A stretch of 64,000 nt of DNA from a virus, in IMG/VR virus record IMGVR_UViG_3300047476_000982, positions 1 to 64,000 of that record; one strand, given 5' to 3'. The notes beneath the pieces are model-generated. The model saw only the letters and a program-made list of their open reading frames with translations. It ran no database searches and was not told the origin of the DNA. A program made the position numbers and the translations under genes. Shown here one piece after another: positions 55,293-64,000 of the stretch (positions are counted from its first letter, which is position 1; each line of letters opens with the position of its first letter).

Positions 55293-56936
55293 TTACACTA
55301 CGTTAAGATCAGCTACTGCTACCAAGCCATAGTATTCAGGACGTACCATAGTCATTGCGTAACGAGTCATAATACCTTTTCTTGGAGTGAAGGTATTTGG
55401 ATCGTACACAAGTGGAGTCATGATCAATGGAACATATGGAGAGTAAACAGCGCCACACTCAAGGAACTGATTGCCACGGAAACCGAGCAAGATAACGTTC
55501 TCAAGCATGTAAGGATTTTTGTAAACCTTGTAACGGCTGTTCAACTGACCGATTTTTTGTACACCGAAAGCATACTTCATTGTATCAGCTGCGCCATCTG
55601 TATCAGCAGCAAATCCTGGGATAGACTCAAGAATTGTAGCTACAGTAGGAGAAACTACCATGAAGTTTGCACCACCGCGCAAAGTACGCTGATGGATAAT
55701 ATTAGATACTTTCTGAAGTTTGATACCCAAAGTCTGGAACCAACTCATTTGAGTATAGTAAACACCGTTAGTGTTGCTATCAAATGTAGTTGCAGCAGCG
55801 TTGATTTGGTTACCAACTTTAGCTGACCAATACTCGATAGTTGGAGCGTTTTGAATCAACATATCTAATACTTCCAAATCAATCTCAAGAGAGATATGCT
55901 CAGAAAGAAGACCAGTCAATTCAGCTTCAGCATCAAGAGAATGGTAAGCATTCAAGTCTTGTGCAAATTCTGGAGTCCATTGTGCTTTCAACTTACGAGT
56001 TTTAGCACTGATTGTTTGAGACTTCATTTGAACGTTGATCTCAGGGATAACGATAGAAGTTGCAGACAATGTATTTGGAACAGATGGGTTACCATTTCTG
56101 TCTTCGAAATCACCACGTGCATTGAAGTCAGTAGCTTTGTTATAAATAACAAAGAATGCATCCAATGTTGGAATTTCAGCTGTAGATGCAGTAACAAAGA
56201 ATTCAATGTTAGCACCATTAACTTTAGTAAACTGCTGCAAGTTATCAGCAACAGATACTGATCCAGAAGTAACGATAAATGCACGTACTCCGTCAAGATT
56301 TGGAGTAGTCAAAGATGAAGTTGCTACAGTAAGCTTCTTGATTTGACCAGCTGCAACTGATGCAGAATATAAATTGTTGAAATCTATATCATTATAAGAT
56401 GCAGTAGCTGCTGTTACAGTTACACCAGAAGCTGAGAATTGGTTCAAAGAATAACCAAAGCGACCAGCACCGTAAAGAGCGCCTTGAGCAAGGTTACCAA
56501 AGTTTGCACTTGGAGTACCGTAGATAGAATCACCAGCAGTGAAAGGACTCTTAGTGTTTCCGTATTGGAAATCAAGATAGAATACTAAACCAGCAGGAAG
56601 ATTCATTGGCTGTACAGAAACGAATTCTTTAGCAGCGATTTGACCAAAGATCTTACGTACTAATGGAAGAGCAACACCAGCCCACTGCTCACCAGTACCA
56701 GGAGTAAAGGTAGCACCGCCAGAGTTTGCGTTACCGTTAGTAGAAGAAGATTCAACTACAAGCTGTTTAGCTTGGTTTTCGAGAATTACGGCCATGTTGT
56801 TGGCGTCGTAATCATGCATGCCCTCGAGAAGGCCAGACTTGCTCCACTTTTTAGCAAGACGCTGAGCAACACCATGTTGATCAGAGAAAGCCGTGTTAGC
56901 GGATTCAGTCAATAAAGATTGTACTAAATTTGCCAT
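55293..56936 (-). CDS. gp23: Major capsid protein (T4 gp23-like)
   Basis: VSVQPMNLP.GL.FY, RKLKAQWTPEFAQDL.AYH..DAEAEL and YSPYVPL..., TRYA signatures. Confidence 0.95.
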   Translation of the reverse strand: MANLVQSLLTESANTAFSDQHGVAQRLAKKWSKSGLLEGMHDYDANNMAVILENQAKQLVVESSSTNGNANSGGATFTPGTGEQWAGVALPLVRKIFGQIAAKEFVSVQPMNLPAGLVFYLDFQYGNTKSPFTAGDSIYGTPSANFGNLAQGALYGAGRFGYSLNQFSASGVTVTAATASYNDIDFNNLYSASVAAGQIKKLTVATSSLTTPNLDGVRAFIVTSGSVSVADNLQQFTKVNGANIEFFVTASTAEIPTLDAFFVIYNKATDFNARGDFEDRNGNPSVPNTLSATSIVIPEINVQMKSQTISAKTRKLKAQWTPEFAQDLNAYHSLDAEAELTGLLSEHISLEIDLEVLDMLIQNAPTIEYWSAKVGNQINAAATTFDSNTNGVYYTQMSWFQTLGIKLQKVSNIIHQRTLRGGANFMVVSPTVATILESIPGFAADTDGAADTMKYAFGVQKIGQLNSRYKVYKNPYMLENVILLGFRGNQFLECGAVYSPYVPLIMTPLVYDPNTFTPRKGIMTRYAMTMVRPEYYGLVAVADLNVV

Positions 56937-56960
56937 TTTGTTATTAATTTTGTTTTTTTG

Positions 56961-58013
56961 TTATTTGATTCCAGCAAGTTTTTGCCATCTACTCATCATA
57001 TTATCTTGTTCGATAATAGGTTGTTTAGGGGCTACACCAGCTGCTTGTGAAGCAAAACCAATTGATTCTTTAAGTTGCTTTTTAGATTCAAAAGATTCTT
57101 TCAAAGTTTCAAAAGTATTCTTAACCTCAGTTACAGATGTAGCACGGTCAAGAGCATTAATTACTTTTACTTTTTGAGATTCAGTCAAAGTCTTAGCTTT
57201 AAACAACTTATTCATGTAAAGATATTTTGCATTAAGAAGATTAACTTCTTGAAGATCTTGGCGAAGTGCCTCTACAGTAGCTTTAGCTTCTTCGAGTTCT
57301 TCTTCCATTTTCTTTTTGTCATCATGGTCTTCTTCTTTTTTCTCTTCAAGTTCAGGCTCAGAATCTTTAGCTTCTTCAATGCCCTCTGCTTCAAGTTCAG
57401 CAAGAATTTCGTCTAATGAAATTTCAGCTTCAGCTTCAGAATCAGCGTCTGCTTCGTCAGAAGCAATGTCTGCACCCATATCTTGAGAGCCAGCCATTAC
57501 AGATTGAAGAACTTGTTTAAGGTCACCAAGAGTGATGTCGATAATTTTAGTTTCGTCATCAACGTCTTCGCCGCCTTCTACTTCTTCTTCTTCTTCCTCT
57601 TCTTCTTCAGCTTCTTCTTCTTCAGCTTCATTTAAACTTTCGTCTTTCATTTCGTCATGCTTAGCCTCTTCCATTTCTGGTTTATCGTGGCCAACTTCAT
57701 CAACGTTAGAAAGTTCTTCAAGTTGAGCAAGAATTTCTTCTAACTCAGCTTCATTAATGTCAAGATTTTCCTCCATTCCATCTTCAGAATAGGTTTCTTC
57801 CATCTTGTCATCGTGCATTTTTTTGTCCATACCTTCTTCAACTTCAGCCTCTTCAAGATCTTCTACTTCATCTAATTCTTCAGATAACTTCAAACGAAGC
57901 ATCTCTTGAATCTTAGGTTCGAAAGCTTCTTCAAGCGCAGCTTTGGCGTTAGCCATTGCAGATGCTCTTAAGGCTTTAGCATCAAGGATAGCGTCTTGAT
58001 ACAATTTGCTCAT
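56961..58013 (-). CDS. Prohead scaffolding/core protein (T4 gp22-like role)
   Basis: Highly acidic coiled coil directly upstream of the capsid gene; many LxE(A/S) motifs; ends RWQKLAGIK. Confidence 0.75.
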   Translation of the reverse strand: MSKLYQDAILDAKALRASAMANAKAALEEAFEPKIQEMLRLKLSEELDEVEDLEEAEVEEGMDKKMHDDKMEETYSEDGMEENLDINEAELEEILAQLEELSNVDEVGHDKPEMEEAKHDEMKDESLNEAEEEEAEEEEEEEEEVEGGEDVDDETKIIDITLGDLKQVLQSVMAGSQDMGADIASDEADADSEAEAEISLDEILAELEAEGIEEAKDSEPELEEKKEEDHDDKKKMEEELEEAKATVEALRQDLQEVNLLNAKYLYMNKLFKAKTLTESQKVKVINALDRATSVTEVKNTFETLKESFESKKQLKESIGFASQAAGVAPKQPIIEQDNMMSRWQKLAGIK

Positions 58014-58107
58014 GATTATAAGATTGTGTCGGGGATTGCTTATTAAATGTAAAGCAATATAAGGATTTTTTTATAGTAGTGCCATATTAGATCATGGCGC
58101 ATATACC

Positions 58108-58115
58108 ATAAATAT
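58108..58115 (-). promoter_or_regulatory. ATATTTAT motif before the scaffold-capsid operon
   Basis: ~95 nt upstream of the ATG at 58013; long hairpin-containing leader. Confidence 0.55.
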
Positions 58116-58154
58116 CTAAGTCTGTAGTAAAATACATAAACTTAGAAATATTTT

Positions 58155-58787
58155 TTATTTACTTATACAACAAACACCAGATTGAGAACAAATAATATCT
58201 GATATTAATTGATGTACTTTATTTTCTTTACGTTGAACTATTGTATGATCTACTGATTCTCTTAAACCTCCCATTGGTTTCATATATGCACCATAAGTTG
58301 ATGGTGTAGATACAAAATCCCAACAAATAAGATCTAGATCATCTTCAACTTGAACAAGACCTTCGCCAATTGGAGTAACAGAACCCATGGCCCTAGATGA
58401 AATACCAACTGTAATATTGTTCTTAAATAGTTCTTTTAATATATTTCCAGAAGGAGTAGGAAGTATTTCAACATCTCCATATAAATCTTTACCTTCCCAA
58501 AATAGTCTTATTATATTATGACTAACATTTTTAAGGTTAATAATAGAAGATTCTGGATGATCTAATTCTCCTAAAGCTCTATTCTCTGCAATTGGTCCGG
58601 CAATATATTTTTGTACTTGCTCAAATAAAGTTTGATAAGGATATATTCTTCTATTTGCATTAGGTTTATCAGTTGCCTGGACAAGTCCAGATACCACCAT
58701 ATTACCATTAGCTAAACGACGACCTTCAGTCAAAGACTGGGCTATAGGTTGGAAAGCGTTGTATTCTATTAAGAGTTGTTTAGACAT
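58155..58787 (-). CDS. gp21: Prohead protease (T4 gp21-like)
   Basis: NANRRIYP, ALGELDHP, VSH, GISSRAMGS and DFVSTPST signatures. Confidence 0.95.
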   Translation of the reverse strand: MSKQLLIEYNAFQPIAQSLTEGRRLANGNMVVSGLVQATDKPNANRRIYPYQTLFEQVQKYIAGPIAENRALGELDHPESSIINLKNVSHNIIRLFWEGKDLYGDVEILPTPSGNILKELFKNNITVGISSRAMGSVTPIGEGLVQVEDDLDLICWDFVSTPSTYGAYMKPMGGLRESVDHTIVQRKENKVHQLISDIICSQSGVCCISK

Positions 58788-60108
58788 TTTGTTCTTGGCC
58801 TGTTTTTAAATTTACAATTTTTAATGGCTCTCCAGTATTTTGTTCTATTCCTTTAGCTTGGTTTTTACCCATACTATCATTTTTTCCTGCTCCAACAACA
58901 GTATTTGAACCAACTGTTTTTATAACATAAGCCTCTTTTAATTTTTTTAAAACCTCTTTAAGTTTTTTCATTTTTTCTTTATCATCCTTATACATTTCCA
59001 TGTATTGTTTGATCTTAGATAAATCTAAAGGCTTTTTAAATTGTTCAGGATCACCAATCATGCCGCTAAAAGGTTTTGCTTGATTTTTGTCCCAGTTTGC
59101 CCACATATCTTTTACAGAAGGTTCTGTTTGTGATCCTTGAGTAGGCTCTTGTTCTTGTGACTTTTGAGTAAAATGATCTACAGTATTAATTTGATAGTCT
59201 TTATGTGTACCGTCTTCCATTTCAACAGTAAATGTACCACCTACTATTTCAATTACTTTACCTTGACCATCAGGAGTGTGAACTTCTGAACCCACATGAT
59301 GTTTCCAGTGGCTATCTTCGTTAACTAACTCTTTTTTTTTAAGATGCGTAGTAAGCTCTTCAATAGCAGACTCTTTCAAGGATTTAACCTTTACTTTCTT
59401 CATCTCATTAGCCTTGTTCTTATGATTAGCTTTTTTAACTTCTTCAGTTTCAAGCTTAGCATCTGCCTTTTCTACATCTTTTGCATTAGCAAACATCTCT
59501 TCATCAAATGCATGGGGATTCTTTTCAAGCATTGATGCAGCTTTGTTTAGAGCTTTAATATATGAATCGTTAGTAAGTTCTTTTTCTTTTGCTAATAGTT
59601 TCTCTACTCCTTTTTTCAAAAAGTATGGATTTACTCTATCAACCGCTGGATCTGTAGGAATGTTATTATCAACTTCATTTAAAGACATTTTTTTAGCAGC
59701 TAATTTAGGATCATTTTTTGATTTATTATCCATAAAAGAACCATCCCCCCACCAAGCTACTACTGCATCAGTATCTGCTGTTGAATTAAAATTAGGTCCT
59801 GCTTTAAATACATCTACATGTTGTAATTTGTCGTTAGTACTTACCAATGACTTAGCAAAAGATATGGCTTGATTTATATCTTTGAACTTCTTAGCTTGTC
59901 TAACTCCATCTGAATAATGCACCTCATAGTTCTCACTAATCTCAGCTTCACTAATCACACCCTTATTCTTAAGGATCTTTACAGCATCATCATAAGAAGT
60001 AACATTAGTTACCCAAGGAAGATTTTTATCACGGCGTACTTCGTAAAGAAACTTCTCACGACTTACTTCACCGGCTTTATGCTTACGATATAATTCAATT
60101 GTTCTCAT
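58780..60108 (-). CDS. Probable internal head protein (charged, with an SH3-like segment)
   Basis: 442 aa; multiple [ILV]xE[ASD] motifs; GSEVHTPDGQGKVIEI...VEMEDG beta segment. Confidence 0.55.
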   Translation of the reverse strand: MRTIELYRKHKAGEVSREKFLYEVRRDKNLPWVTNVTSYDDAVKILKNKGVISEAEISENYEVHYSDGVRQAKKFKDINQAISFAKSLVSTNDKLQHVDVFKAGPNFNSTADTDAVVAWWGDGSFMDNKSKNDPKLAAKKMSLNEVDNNIPTDPAVDRVNPYFLKKGVEKLLAKEKELTNDSYIKALNKAASMLEKNPHAFDEEMFANAKDVEKADAKLETEEVKKANHKNKANEMKKVKVKSLKESAIEELTTHLKKKELVNEDSHWKHHVGSEVHTPDGQGKVIEIVGGTFTVEMEDGTHKDYQINTVDHFTQKSQEQEPTQGSQTEPSVKDMWANWDKNQAKPFSGMIGDPEQFKKPLDLSKIKQYMEMYKDDKEKMKKLKEVLKKLKEAYVIKTVGSNTVVGAGKNDSMGKNQAKGIEQNTGEPLKIVNLKTGQEQNV

Positions 60109-60112
60109 GCTA

Positions 60113-60120
60113 ATAAATAT
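60113..60120 (-). promoter_or_regulatory. ATATTTAT motif
   Basis: ~5 nt upstream of the ATG at 60108. Confidence 0.45.
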
Positions 60121-60249
60121 TTATCTTCCTTGTCCACGATAATTCTTTTCTGAACGGTCGTGTTTGTTAAATGATTTTTGTGCTTTTCCTTTTCTTCTTT
60201 TACCAAATGTAACTTTAGCTGCGCCACCTGAACCTTTTGCTTTTGCCAT
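60121..60249 (-). CDS. Small basic 42-aa protein missing from the ORF track (MAKAKGSGGAAKVTFGKRRKGKAQKSFNKHDRSEKNYRGQGR)
   Basis: ATG overlaps the upstream TAA (TAATG) at 60247-60251; TAA at 60121-60123. Confidence 0.7.
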   Translation of the reverse strand: MAKAKGSGGAAKVTFGKRRKGKAQKSFNKHDRSEKNYRGQGR

Positions 60250-61115
60250 TACTTAAACTTTTTTATGTTTTGATTAAGTTCTGAAACCATTTCCTTGATT
60301 TTTGCAAGGGCTTTTTCTGTATGCATTTTATATTTAAGACCACCTTCACCTTCAGATAATTCTGTTTTTAGGCGGCTTACATATTCAAATAATCTATTAA
60401 TCTCTTGTACTTTCCTTCTCACTTCACGAACAGCTTGGTGGAATTGATCTGATTTACCTCTAGTCTTAGTCTCTGTCTTAAATTTAGAATAGCTTTCATT
60501 TATATTGCTATTAGTAAACCAATCGTAGCTATCTTCATCATCATCTTGTTCTTCAGGTTCATACTCATTTCTGATATCTTCGATAGCTTTTAAAGCATCT
60601 ATTTTAGTTATCCTATCTACTTTTGGATGATTTTCAATCTTTACTTTTAAATCATCAAGAATATTTACAGCAGACATTAAGTCTGTTTGAAATCTTAAAG
60701 ATTCAAGAGCCTTATATAATTCTTCACTATTTTCATCTCTCATCTGTCTAATTGCCTCTCCTACTTTACTAATATAGTAGTTAAAGCTACGAATATCTTT
60801 TATATTGAGTTTGTTCTCTTTAACAAAATCACTTAGTTCTTCAAATAATTGTTTATAGATAAAACCACCTTTTGATGGACGATTAGGAACAGATGGAGCA
60901 TCTTTCCAACCCCATTTGTTTTTCATATATACATTAGCTTTACCCGCAGCCAATTTAGGTTCAACATCTTTTTCTTCTTTTTTTACTTTCTTTTTGAATG
61001 CCTTATTAGTAGCCATTTGTTCACCGGTTCCAGGAGTAAAAGTTGCTCCAGTACCAGTCACAGACATTTCCTGACGTAGTTTTTGAGTAGCAAATTGATT
61101 GTTGAAATTAGACAT
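60249..61115 (-). CDS. Probable internal head protein
   Basis: 288 aa; QE-MS then GATFTPGTGEQ, shared with the capsid protein; C-terminal coiled coil. Confidence 0.55.
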   Translation of the reverse strand: MSNFNNQFATQKLRQEMSVTGTGATFTPGTGEQMATNKAFKKKVKKEEKDVEPKLAAGKANVYMKNKWGWKDAPSVPNRPSKGGFIYKQLFEELSDFVKENKLNIKDIRSFNYYISKVGEAIRQMRDENSEELYKALESLRFQTDLMSAVNILDDLKVKIENHPKVDRITKIDALKAIEDIRNEYEPEEQDDDEDSYDWFTNSNINESYSKFKTETKTRGKSDQFHQAVREVRRKVQEINRLFEYVSRLKTELSEGEGGLKYKMHTEKALAKIKEMVSELNQNIKKFK

Positions 61116-61966
61116 TATTGGTTGTTTTTTAACTCTTCAATCAAATCAAAATATTGTAATATTCCTGTTATGGTCTCGTCTTTAATAGACTGATTATCTT
61201 TAATAGGAGTTACAAATTTTAATACTTCTTCTAATTTGATTTTAACAACCTGGTCTTTTGAAGACTCTTTCAATTCAGTTAATTCTTTTTGTATTTGATC
61301 TAACTGACTATTTAAATATACTTTAAGATTCTTTGTATCAGAAATATTTGTAATATATTCTTTCAATACCTCTTTTTGCTTTTCAGACATATCTTGATAC
61401 TTGTTGTTGAACTTCTCAACCATCAATTTGTATGCTAAAAGTCTGATCTCTTTGTCTTCTTTCATAAGATCCTCTACTATAGACTTAGGAGCTTTTGAGT
61501 CAGAAAGATCTTGTTTTGTTAAGTGTTCAAGAAGATTGATCTTATTTACAATCAACTGTTTAGTATCTGATGTTTTTGAGTTTTGAGACTCAAGAATAGT
61601 ATAAATTGAAGCATAAGGCTTGTAGTTATCTATTTTAGCCTTAAAGAAATTATCTAGGTCGTAATTCTGCTTAATTTCTTTTATCAAATTATATTTTAAC
61701 TTGTTTATCTTTTCATAATCAAGTTTTTTATATTGCTCAATAAGAGTAGAAATTAATATTTCAGCTTTAGATTCTGTTAATTTAGGGCTAGTTGAGAAAG
61801 CGCTATAGAGACCATATTCTTTACCTAGTTCTGTATTTGTAAAATACTTTTTAAGTATCTTAACAGATTTTGAATCTTGATTATTCAAAAGGTCTGAAGT
61901 GGTCTGTCTAACTAGTAGTTCAAATAAAATACCAGTATTGCGATATTTGGAATGTTTTATTGCCAT
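61115..61966 (-). CDS. Head-module helical protein downstream of the portal
   Basis: 283 aa; IKHSKYRNTGILFELL N-terminus; position between portal and protease. Confidence 0.6.
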   Translation of the reverse strand: MAIKHSKYRNTGILFELLVRQTTSDLLNNQDSKSVKILKKYFTNTELGKEYGLYSAFSTSPKLTESKAEILISTLIEQYKKLDYEKINKLKYNLIKEIKQNYDLDNFFKAKIDNYKPYASIYTILESQNSKTSDTKQLIVNKINLLEHLTKQDLSDSKAPKSIVEDLMKEDKEIRLLAYKLMVEKFNNKYQDMSEKQKEVLKEYITNISDTKNLKVYLNSQLDQIQKELTELKESSKDQVVKIKLEEVLKFVTPIKDNQSIKDETITGILQYFDLIEELKNNQ

Positions 61967-61990
61967 AGTTTTTTTACGAGTCCGCTAGTA

Positions 61991-61998
61991 ATAAATAT
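61991..61998 (-). promoter_or_regulatory. ATATTTAT motif
   Basis: ~25 nt upstream of the ATG at 61966. Confidence 0.55.
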
Positions 61999-62006
61999 CT
62001 AAATAT

Positions 62007-63917
62007 TTAATCTAAACCATTAATTATATTGTCTTCACTTAAAAGATCTGGTTGCTCAAACAAATTAACCTTTCTTTGGTGTTTCTTTGTCATTGCATTC
62101 AAAGCATTTTTATTTTTTAAATATTCTGCCATAGTCCCTTCTAATGCTAATGGGCTTCCTCCTTTATAGTTTGGCTTCATATTATTTTCTCCAGTCTCAG
62201 CATCCTTACTATAGGCTGCTTGACCAATTGGATCTCTGCCAAATCTAGAATTATCAGTGCCAATAATAGAAGTTACAGATTTAGGACGCCCTGGCTTATT
62301 TTCATCGTATCCATAAGGTACATTTAACATAGAATCTTCTTTACCTCCATATAGACTAGCTATCTGATGAGGTGTTCCGTATGCCTGACCTGATTCTGCT
62401 GGATCATTACCTTCTTCTTGTATTTGTGCATACCTAAATTCCCTCTTCTTATCTTCAATGATCATATCTTCAAGCTCAGCATATTGATCTTCAGAGAAGT
62501 GGAATATTTTATCATAGATAAAATCTCTAGGTAAGAGTGATCCTTCCATTGCTTGTTTAGCCAAATCAATCTTTTCTTTAAATAGTGCTATCCTTTCTTG
62601 ATCGTAAATAATAGAAGGATTAGTCAATGAAAGGCTAAAGTTAGCAGCAGACTCATTAGTATATCCATGAGCATATAAGTGAACTAAGGCAATCTTAGTC
62701 AACTCACTAATTATAATTCTTTGTAATCTTTCAATAGTTCTAGCAAAACGAATATCTTCTGCAGCAAGTGTAGCTTTACCAGTTAGATCTTTTTCGTATC
62801 CCATGAAAGCTTTAGGTATTTTAAGAGCCGCAAATAACTTCTCACGGAAGTAAGCTACGTCTTCAATACCATTATAATCAAGGCCTTTTGCAGTATCTAT
62901 CTTAGTAGAAGTATCATTACCTCTTACAGGGATAAAGAAGTCTTCTAATAAGTTTTGCTGGTTGTATTTGAGGTTATAATTACCTGTATTTGGATCAATC
63001 AAAGGAGTTTTCTTCATCTTTTGAATCATCTTCTGCATGTAATTATCTACTTCACCTGGAGGAATTGCTCCTACATTTACATAGAAAATTCTTCTTTCAG
63101 GAGCTCTTACTATACGATGAATCAACATTGCATCTTCAATCAACACATACTGCTTAAATAACTTACGAGCAGGCTCTAAATAAGATCTACCATAAGGAAG
63201 ATAGTTAACGTCTCCAGTTAATCTGAAGTGCGCCATTTCAAAGTTGTCAAACCAAATACCGGTATCATTGTTCTTTTGTGAACTATATCCTGTAGATGAA
63301 GCTAGAGTTGCATTTGGATCATACTTAAATCTTACCTCTTGTGGGTTTTCTGGATTGTATCCTTCTTCACGAATAATATTATACGCTGAGAAAGGAATTA
63401 CATTATAAACACCGTAGTTTTCTGCTATCTCTAATTTGAGGTAGAAGTCGCCGTATTTAGCCATGTTACGAACCCAAGACCAAAGATTAAATTCAATATT
63501 AAGTACAGAATAAAATAAATTGTAGAGGAGTTTCTGAATGTTTTCGTCAGAAGATCTAATTTGTAATACTTCACCTTGTTCATTTTTAAGTGTACATTCG
63601 TCTGCTACAATATCCAATGCTGAACAACAAATAGCATCTGTGTCCATAGCATCATAGTCTGCATATATTTGAACCCTTGCGGATTGATAGTTCTGCGCTA
63701 AGTTAAGGTTCACACCATAAGCTGTTGATGTAGTATATACCTTATTGAATCTATCAATTAAAGAGTTAGTTTGAATAACGCCAGATCTTTGTATAGTATC
63801 TGTGTCAATTACTTTAAGCATATCTCCGCCTTCATTACGAATGATAACATCTGTAGAAAACAGACGTCTTAAGGTAGAGAATAAATTGTTTTGTTTTTGC
63901 GGTTGTTGTTCTGCCAT
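62007..63917 (-). CDS. gp20: Portal protein (T4 gp20-like)
   Basis: KYGDFYLKL, EDAMLIHRIVRAPERRIFYVNVG, EDFFIPVRG and YFREKLFAALKIP signatures. Confidence 0.95.
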   Translation of the reverse strand: MAEQQPQKQNNLFSTLRRLFSTDVIIRNEGGDMLKVIDTDTIQRSGVIQTNSLIDRFNKVYTTSTAYGVNLNLAQNYQSARVQIYADYDAMDTDAICCSALDIVADECTLKNEQGEVLQIRSSDENIQKLLYNLFYSVLNIEFNLWSWVRNMAKYGDFYLKLEIAENYGVYNVIPFSAYNIIREEGYNPENPQEVRFKYDPNATLASSTGYSSQKNNDTGIWFDNFEMAHFRLTGDVNYLPYGRSYLEPARKLFKQYVLIEDAMLIHRIVRAPERRIFYVNVGAIPPGEVDNYMQKMIQKMKKTPLIDPNTGNYNLKYNQQNLLEDFFIPVRGNDTSTKIDTAKGLDYNGIEDVAYFREKLFAALKIPKAFMGYEKDLTGKATLAAEDIRFARTIERLQRIIISELTKIALVHLYAHGYTNESAANFSLSLTNPSIIYDQERIALFKEKIDLAKQAMEGSLLPRDFIYDKIFHFSEDQYAELEDMIIEDKKREFRYAQIQEEGNDPAESGQAYGTPHQIASLYGGKEDSMLNVPYGYDENKPGRPKSVTSIIGTDNSRFGRDPIGQAAYSKDAETGENNMKPNYKGGSPLALEGTMAEYLKNKNALNAMTKKHQRKVNLFEQPDLLSEDNIINGLD

Positions 63918-63921
63918 ATTA

Positions 63922-64000
63922 TTAAATTAACCAAGTTAAATCTTGTGTTTCGCCACCCATTGGAGTATTAACATTCATAATCCAAGGATTTTGATTATAT
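63922..64000 (-). CDS. C-terminal end of the upstream gene, probably the terminase large subunit
   Basis: Frame ...YNQNPWIMNVNTPMGGETQDLTWLI* ends 4 nt before the portal ATG; assignment by position only. Confidence 0.4.
   Translation of the reverse strand, partial: YNQNPWIMNVNTPMGGETQDLTWLI

Noticed and set aside
6002-63161. Other short plus-strand or nested ORFs in the track (e.g. 6002-6301, 9692-10045, 31951-32283, 55896-56261, 57075-57416)
   Set aside because: They overlap well-supported minus-strand genes, and their composition is typical of antisense frames
1-64000. tRNA, rRNA, integrase, transposase, intron/intein, or stop-codon reassignment
   Set aside because: No cloverleaf-sized intergenic gaps or recognisable motifs seen; core genes are intact and full-length in the standard code. 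A covariance-model scan was not run.

Overview
A 64-kb slice of a large, AT-rich lytic myovirus genome with T4-like head and tail genes. It is probably a Bacteroidota phage (inferred from the absence of Shine-Dalgarno motifs and from the fibre domain content). Every credible gene is on the minus strand. In transcription order (right to left) the window holds: end of a probable terminase, portal, internal head proteins, prohead protease, scaffold, major capsid protein, PhoH, three neck/tail-completion proteins, a ~37-kb fibre/adhesin region, sheath, tube, tail-assembly chaperone, tape measure and baseplate genes. The fibre region includes a 3160-aa fibre with ~1,090 residues of proline-free Gly-Ser/Thr-Ser/Thr collagen-like repeat, LamG lectins, YadA-like heads, an S74-chaperone fibre and a polyglycine adhesin. 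Main candidate novel system: two multidomain glycosyltransferase genes inside the fibre cluster. One carries an Aah/TibC-type protein-serine O-glycosyltransferase domain with its four-Cys iron site, and the other carries an FkbM methyltransferase. Together with the Ser/Thr-saturated collagen-like fibres, this suggests phage-encoded O-glycosylation of the virion fibres. Other signals: a recurrent ATATTTAT motif before gene starts (the reverse complement of the T4 late promoter), a probable +1/-2 frameshift in the tail chaperone, structured 5' leaders before fibre and capsid genes, and an 11-aa peptide shared exactly between the capsid protein and an internal head protein. All family assignments come from motif recognition by eye; no database search was run.
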